Shown here one piece after another: positions 58,924-64,000 of a DNA stretch of 64,000 nucleotides. A program made the position numbers and the translations under genes. The first letter of the stretch is position 1; the number at the start of each line of letters is the position of its first letter. A model generated the notes under the pieces. That model was given only the letters and a program-made list of their open reading frames with translations, was not told the origin of the DNA and searched no databases. Source of the DNA: Nannocystis sp. RBIL2 (GTDB lineage: Bacteria > Myxococcota_A > Polyangia > Nannocystales > Nannocystaceae); contig NZ_JAPNJW010000001.1 in assembly GCF_026626745.1 (NCBI RefSeq), positions 908,311 through 972,310 on the forward strand, in the 5' to 3' direction.

Positions 58924-60219
58924 TTACACCACCTCGGGACCGGCAGCGACCGCGCCCCGCAGCAGCGCCCCGCGGACGAACACCGCGCGGGCGGGCGCCG
59001 CGTCGCGCCGGAACGCCAGGGCGTCGAACAGCCCGTCGGCGGCCGCGATCTCGGGCGCGTCGATCACCGCCAGATCGGCCGAGTAACCGGGCTGCAGACA
59101 ACCGAGCTCGGCCGCCATCCCCAGCGCGCAAGCTCCGCCCCGCGTCGCCAGCCACAACAGCTCCTCGGCCGTCGCGGGCGCCCCGGCGATGAGGCTCGCG
59201 TCATAGGCGCTCGCGACCACCTGGCGCAGCGAGAAGCTACGGCCGGCGCCGACGTCGGTGCCGAGCCCGACGCGGATGTCCCGCCCGGTGGCCGCCCGCA
59301 GGCGCATGCAACCGCTGCCGAGGAAGAAGTTGCTGTCGGGGCAATGTGCCACCGCCCCGCCGGCCGCCGCCAGTCGATCCCACTCGCCGTCCGACAAGTG
59401 CACGCAGTGCGCGAACAACGAGCGCGGCCCGCTGAGCCCGTGCGACTCGTACACCTCGAGGTAATCGCGGGCCGCCGGGAACGCCGCCGCGGTGTGCACC
59501 AGCTCATCAGTATTTTCGGACAGGTGCGTTTGGACATGTAACCCGTGCGCCTCGGCCAGCCGCCCGGCCGCGCGCAGCAGCTCCGGCGTGCAGCTGAGGG
59601 CGAACCGCGGCGTGACGCAGAACCCGAGTCGGCCGTCGTGGCCGTGCCAGCGGGCGATCAGCCTCTCGCAGCCCGCGATCGCCTCGTCGGCCCCGACGAG
59701 CAGCCCCGGCGGCGCCCCGCGATCCATCAGAGTCATGCCGACCAGCGCCCGCAGCCCGCAGCGGCTCAGCTCCTGGAACAGCACGTCGGTGGCGGCCTCG
59801 TGGCTCGAGGCGTAGATCGCCGCGCATGTGGTGCCCTGACGGATCATCGCCTCGCAGAACTCCCACGCCACCGCCGCCGCGTAGCGCACGCTGTGGAACC
59901 GCTGCTCCTCGGGGAACACGGTCCGCTCGAGCCAGAGGAGCAGCGGCCCGCTGGCGCTGCCGATCACGCGGGTCTGCGGGAAGTGGACGTGGGTGTCGAC
60001 GAAGCCCGGCAAGATCACCGCCCCCGGGTACGACTGCGGCAGCGGGCAATCCTCCGGCGCCGGCGCGATCGAGGCGATCCGTCCGTCCTCGCCGATCGTC
60101 AGCAGGCCGTCGGCGATGCGCTCGATCCTCGCCTGCCGCGGATCGGGGCACAAAATGCGCCCCCGCAGCACGCGGGCGCGGGACGGGGTCTTCGCGGGGC
60201 CGTCGGTGATCGTCGACAT
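58924..60219 (-). CDS. amidohydrolase, guanine-deaminase-like
   Basis: It has the metal-binding HxH (GFVDTHVHFPQ), HLSEN and a C-terminal DxG-type motif in a TIM-barrel amidohydrolase of 431 aa. The start is the Met at 60219. It lies 8 bp upstream of the ALDH gene. Confidence 0.8.
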   Translation of the reverse strand: MSTITDGPAKTPSRARVLRGRILCPDPRQARIERIADGLLTIGEDGRIASIAPAPEDCPLPQSYPGAVILPGFVDTHVHFPQTRVIGSASGPLLLWLERTVFPEEQRFHSVRYAAAVAWEFCEAMIRQGTTCAAIYASSHEAATDVLFQELSRCGLRALVGMTLMDRGAPPGLLVGADEAIAGCERLIARWHGHDGRLGFCVTPRFALSCTPELLRAAGRLAEAHGLHVQTHLSENTDELVHTAAAFPAARDYLEVYESHGLSGPRSLFAHCVHLSDGEWDRLAAAGGAVAHCPDSNFFLGSGCMRLRAATGRDIRVGLGTDVGAGRSFSLRQVVASAYDASLIAGAPATAEELLWLATRGGACALGMAAELGCLQPGYSADLAVIDAPEIAAADGLFDALAFRRDAAPARAVFVRGALLRGAVAAGPEVV

Positions 60220-60249
60220 CCGGCCGAAGGTGCCCGTTGCCGCCGCCGC

Positions 60250-60470
60250 GCGCAATCCGGTCGCGCGCCAAAGTGCTCGCGAGTCCTGCGTCGGCCCGCG
60301 AGCGCGACCCCGTGTTCGCGCCCTCGCCTGCACGCCTCTGCGATCTCGACCCCGTGTTCGCCCCGCCCGCGAGCCTCCGCGAACGCGATGTCGTGTTCGC
60401 GCCGCCCGCGAGTCCTGCGTGCCTCCGCGAGCGCGATCACGAGGCCGCCCGTTCCAGCAAACTCGCATCG
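60250..60470. repeat. four imperfect tandem repeats (about 40 bp, CGCGAgCGCGAyC-CCGTGTTCGCG core) immediately upstream of the guaD-like gene
   Basis: ...cccgcgagcgcgaccccgtgttcgcgcc / ...ctgcgatctcgaccccgtgttcgccc / ...ccgcgaacgcgatgtcgtgttcgcgcc / ...ccgcgagcgcgatcacg. Confidence 0.55.
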
Positions 60471-61346
60471 TCGAGCACCGCTCGCAACGCCACGAGCCAC
60501 CCGCACTCGCCCTCCATCGACCTCGCCGCCCTCGCCGCCCTCGACCCGCGAGCCGCCGGCGACACGCCCGGACCTCGCCGGCGCCGACCGCGAATCCCTC
60601 ACCGCTCCCGCCGGCGCGCCGCAATCCTGCGCAACCTGTGCAACGAGTCTCACCGCCGTCCTCACCGCCGCCTGGCCCATCATCAACCTGTCCATAAAGA
60701 CATATCATCCATCGCCGCCGACGTCCCCGCGCCGACGTCGACAATCGCGCGAGACTTGAGCCCCGCCCGCCGCTCGCTCGCCGCCACCGTGACGCCGACC
60801 ACGCCGGCGCCCTCGCGCCCCGCCTTCACGCGTTCGCAGTCGTGGAGCCCTCGAACCAGCGCGGCGGCTCCAGCGTCGCGGTCCGCTCTATCGCCACGCA
60901 GGCCGCACGCGCCGGCGGCGAGCTCGACCGTTCCATAACCCCTCATTCGTGGCGCATTGCACAAGTGCCATTCGCGGTCGCGCGACGTCCGTGATCCGCT
61001 TCCGTCTCGCTTACGAGCCACAATCGCTTCCATGCCCGGCGCACCCGCAAATACCCGGTCTTTCGTCGCCACGATCGCCGCTCGATCCTTGATCCGTCGC
61101 ACAATCGCGGGCTCTCGACCGATCCGCAAGAACGGCGGTCTGACCGCCTTGCGCGCGCTTCTGCCGGCGTTTCGTCGCCCACATCAATTTAGAACTTTGG
61201 GACAGGCGATGTTTAGCGCCCGCTGCGCGTCGCGGTCGGGCGGACACGCGCCACGGGCCGGCGGCGCCGCTTGAACGCGCCGCATCGGCCTCGCGACGCC
61301 GCGGTTGGGGCGTGTGTGCGGGTCGGTGCAAGACTGGTCGAGTCCC

Positions 61347-64000
61347 ATGAGCGTCATCATTCCCGATACGGACGCGTCGGGGATCTCGGTGGACATCACG
61401 CAGTCGCTGCCTGGTGTCGCGATCTCGGTCCCTGCGACCCTGCCTCCGCGGCTCGGTCGGTTCACCATCCTCGAGCGCCTCGGCGGCGGCACGGCGGTCG
61501 TCTACGCCGCTTACGACGAGCTCCTCGACCGCAAGGTCGCGATCAAGGTCCTGCCCGACACCGGGTCGAAGGGCCAGATCCGGCTGCTGCGCGAGGCTCA
61601 GGCGATGGCCGGCGTCAGCCACCCCAATGTCATCACCGTGCTCGAGGCCGGGGTCATCAAGGGCCAGGTCTACGTCGCCATGGAGCTGATCCGCGGCGCC
61701 GCGCTGCCGGCCTGGCTGGCCGCCGGGCCCCGGACCTGGCGCGAGATCCACGACGTATTCACTCAGGCCGCGAGAGGCCTCGCCGCCGCCCACGAGGTGG
61801 GCCTCCTGCACCGCGACTTCAAGCCCGGCAACGTCATGATCGACGCCACCGGCCGCGCCTGCGTCCTCGACTTCGGGCTCGTGCGCGCCACCCCCGATCG
61901 CCCGGGCCTGCTCGACCTGTCCTCGGGCGCCAGTCAGAGCATGCGGATCCGCGTCGGCGACGACGGCGAGGACATCCTCGGCACGCCCGCCTATCTCGCG
62001 CCCGAGCGCTGGCGCGGCGGCGCGGCCGAGCCGGCCTCCGACCAGTTCAGCTTCTGCGTCGCCCTCTACGAGGCTTTGTTCGGCCTGCCGCCGTTCGCCG
62101 GCAACGACATCCTCGCGCTCTCGCACGCGATCACCAACGGCCACCTGCGGCCTCCACCGCGCAACCACGGCGTGCCCGCGTGGCTGATCGCTGCCCTCAT
62201 GCGCGGCCTCAAGACCGAGCCGCGCGACCGCTACCCGTCGATGGAGGCGCTGCTCGGCGCGCTCGTCCCGTCGCGCGGGCGGACCTGGCGGGTCGTCGGC
62301 GCCGCGCTGGCGCTCGCCCTCACCGCCGGCGCCGCCGGCCTCGCCTTCGTGCCCGAGGCCGCCGCCGAGTCCCCGTGTGCCGACGCCGACGCCGACATCG
62401 CCCGCGTGTGGGGCCCGGCCCAGCGCAACGCCGTCGCCACCGCCTTGCGCGACGCGGCGCCCAACTACGCCGCGGTGCTGTGGCCCAGGGTCGCCGACAA
62501 GCTCGATCGCTTCGCCGCCTCGTGGGCCGAGAACCACCGCGACACTTGCCTCGCCGAGCACCAGGGCCGCTACACCGAGGCCTTGCTCGATCGCCAGCGC
62601 CGCTGCCTCGATCGCCGGCGCGACGCCTTCGACGAGACCGTCAAGGCCCTCTCGATCGCCGACATGGACATGGCCCCGCGGGCGCTCGGCGCCGCCAGCG
62701 ATCTCGTGCCGCCCTCCGCCTGTCACGAGCTCGCCTTTCTCAAGGCCGAGCCGCCCGCGCCCGACGACCCCGAGCTCGGCGAGCGGGTCGCCGACCTGCG
62801 CAATCACATGGCGCGGGCCGAGGCGCTGGCCAAGCTCGGGCGGATCCACGACGCGGTCGATCAGGCCGTCGACATCGAGGCCGCCGCCGAGCAGATCGGC
62901 TACGCCCCGCTGCGGGCCGAGGTCGCGCTGCTGCGCGGGCGGCTCTCGCTCAACACCTCCGAGGAGACCGGCCAGGAGCTCGAGTGGTTGACCCGGGCCA
63001 TGCGCAGCGGCATCGAGTCGCGCGGCGACGCGATCGCGGCCGAGGCCGTGGCCTCGCGGATCGTCGCCGCCAGTCGCCGGCCCGAGATGGTCGCTCGCGC
63101 CCTCGCCGACGAGCCCCTCGCCCTCGCCCTCGCCTCTCGCGGCGCCGCCCCCGAGGCCCTGCGCGGCCTCGTCCTGCACAACCTCGGCGTCGCCAACCTC
63201 GCCCAGCGCAACTCGGCCGAGGCGCGGCGCTACTTCACCGAGGCCCTGAGCGTGCGCCAGGGCGCCCTGTCGGCCGGCCACCGCGACGTCGGCTACACCC
63301 TGCTCAACCTCGCCTCCGTCACCGAGCCGGGCGCCGCGCGCGACGACCTCCTCGCGCGCGCCCTCGAGATCTTCGACGCCGAGCTCGGCGTCGTCCACCC
63401 CGCCACGATCGAGGCGCGGATCACCGCCGCCCAGCTGGCCGAGCCGGGCGAGGCCTGGTCGATCCTCCAGACCGGCTGCGTCGCGCTCGAGCGATTCTTG
63501 CCCGACGACCTCGTGCGCCGCACGCGGTGCCTCTTCCACCTCGGCCGCGCCGCCACCGAGATCGGCTATGACGACGACGCCGCCTCGGTCTTCCGCGCCG
63601 CCGCCGAGCTGTCGGAGCTGTCCGGCACGCGCCTGTTCGGGCCCGAGGCGACCCTGCTCGCCGGCTACCGCGGCCTCGCCGGTCTGGTCGACGACAACAC
63701 CGCCGTCGAGCACCTCCAGGCCACCCTCGCGCGCATGCCGGACGCCACCTGGTCGAGCGAGGAGATCGCCGAGCTGCGCCTGGTCCTCGGCCAGAACTTG
63801 CTCGTCCGCGGCCGACCGCTCGAGGCCCGCGTCCCGCTGGCCGCCGCGGTCGCCGAGCTCACCGTCCTCGCCGCCGACGACCCGCACTGGGCCCCGCGCC
63901 TCGCTCGCGCCCACCGCACCCTCGCCGAGGCCCTGCTGACCGCCACGCCTCCCGCCGTGGCCGCCGCTCGCCCGCACCTCGGGGCCGCGCTCGCCTTCTA
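61347..64000 (+). CDS. Ser/Thr protein kinase with TM helix and TPR-like C-terminal region (3'-truncated by window end)
   Basis: The frame is not in the ORF track because it has no stop within the window. It contains VAIKVL, HRDFKPGNVMID, DFGLV and GTPAYLAPER, a TM segment WRVVGAALALALTAGAAGLAFV, then an Ala/Leu-rich helical repeat region with very high GC3. Confidence 0.8.
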   Translation, partial: MSVIIPDTDASGISVDITQSLPGVAISVPATLPPRLGRFTILERLGGGTAVVYAAYDELLDRKVAIKVLPDTGSKGQIRLLREAQAMAGVSHPNVITVLEAGVIKGQVYVAMELIRGAALPAWLAAGPRTWREIHDVFTQAARGLAAAHEVGLLHRDFKPGNVMIDATGRACVLDFGLVRATPDRPGLLDLSSGASQSMRIRVGDDGEDILGTPAYLAPERWRGGAAEPASDQFSFCVALYEALFGLPPFAGNDILALSHAITNGHLRPPPRNHGVPAWLIAALMRGLKTEPRDRYPSMEALLGALVPSRGRTWRVVGAALALALTAGAAGLAFVPEAAAESPCADADADIARVWGPAQRNAVATALRDAAPNYAAVLWPRVADKLDRFAASWAENHRDTCLAEHQGRYTEALLDRQRRCLDRRRDAFDETVKALSIADMDMAPRALGAASDLVPPSACHELAFLKAEPPAPDDPELGERVADLRNHMARAEALAKLGRIHDAVDQAVDIEAAAEQIGYAPLRAEVALLRGRLSLNTSEETGQELEWLTRAMRSGIESRGDAIAAEAVASRIVAASRRPEMVARALADEPLALALASRGAAPEALRGLVLHNLGVANLAQRNSAEARRYFTEALSVRQGALSAGHRDVGYTLLNLASVTEPGAARDDLLARALEIFDAELGVVHPATIEARITAAQLAEPGEAWSILQTGCVALERFLPDDLVRRTRCLFHLGRAATEIGYDDDAASVFRAAAELSELSGTRLFGPEATLLAGYRGLAGLVDDNTAVEHLQATLARMPDATWSSEEIAELRLVLGQNLLVRGRPLEARVPLAAAVAELTVLAADDPHWAPRLARAHRTLAEALLTATPPAVAAARPHLGAALAF

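Noticed and set aside
60957-61274. 105-aa ORF in the 1.1-kb intergenic region
   Set aside because: GC3 is far below the genome norm (many codons ending in A/T) and there is no RBS or domain. It is more likely regulatory or non-coding RNA space.

Overview
This 64-kb window is very GC-rich (about 70-72%) and densely coding. The long Arg/Ala-rich antisense ORFs in the six-frame track are high-GC artefacts, so genes were called by domain content and signal-peptide logic. The content looks like a Myxococcota-type chromosome: many Ser/Thr kinases, an ADYC-domain lipoprotein, Thr/Pro-rich lipoprotein linkers and a DUF1592/DUF1552 pair. I find about 45 protein genes. These include a czcCBA-type RND efflux operon, mtnP with a PfkB kinase, a gamma-glutamyltransferase, and a dedicated TonB system (TonB-dependent receptor with an N-terminal TonB-C domain, then lipoprotein, ExbB, ExbD and TonB). 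There is also a roughly 1900-aa Ser/Thr-kinase/NTPase/GAF/histidine-kinase hybrid with an overlapping response regulator, a four-gene ECF sigma/anti-sigma operon, two tandem Cys-rich lipoprotein paralogs, a purine/aldehyde catabolic pair, and LysR, HxlR and sigma54-EBP regulators. I see no transposases, integrases, phage genes, CRISPR arrays, rRNA or obvious tRNA.

The most unusual content is non-coding. First, a roughly 260-bp element occurs twice (18706-18968 and 48651-48909), and several of its hairpins keep their pairing through compensatory substitutions between the copies. Both copies start directly after the stop codon of a minus-strand gene, which suggests a structured 3'-UTR RNA ending in an intrinsic-terminator-like hairpin. 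Second, a family of short hairpin elements (core CTGTCC-N4-GGACAG, often CATCAC(C/A)TGTCCTTCGGGACAGCCTCC, with UUCG/GNRA-type tetraloops) has more than 30 copies. They are overwhelmingly intergenic, sometimes in tandem arrays, and relatives of the same unit sit in frame inside Pro-rich linkers of several proteins. Other points of interest are a repeat ORF between exbD and tonB that overlaps both with GTGA junctions, a TonB-dependent receptor split at an ATGA overlap, a chain of ATGA-coupled mini-ORFs, and several tandem-repeat promoter regions.
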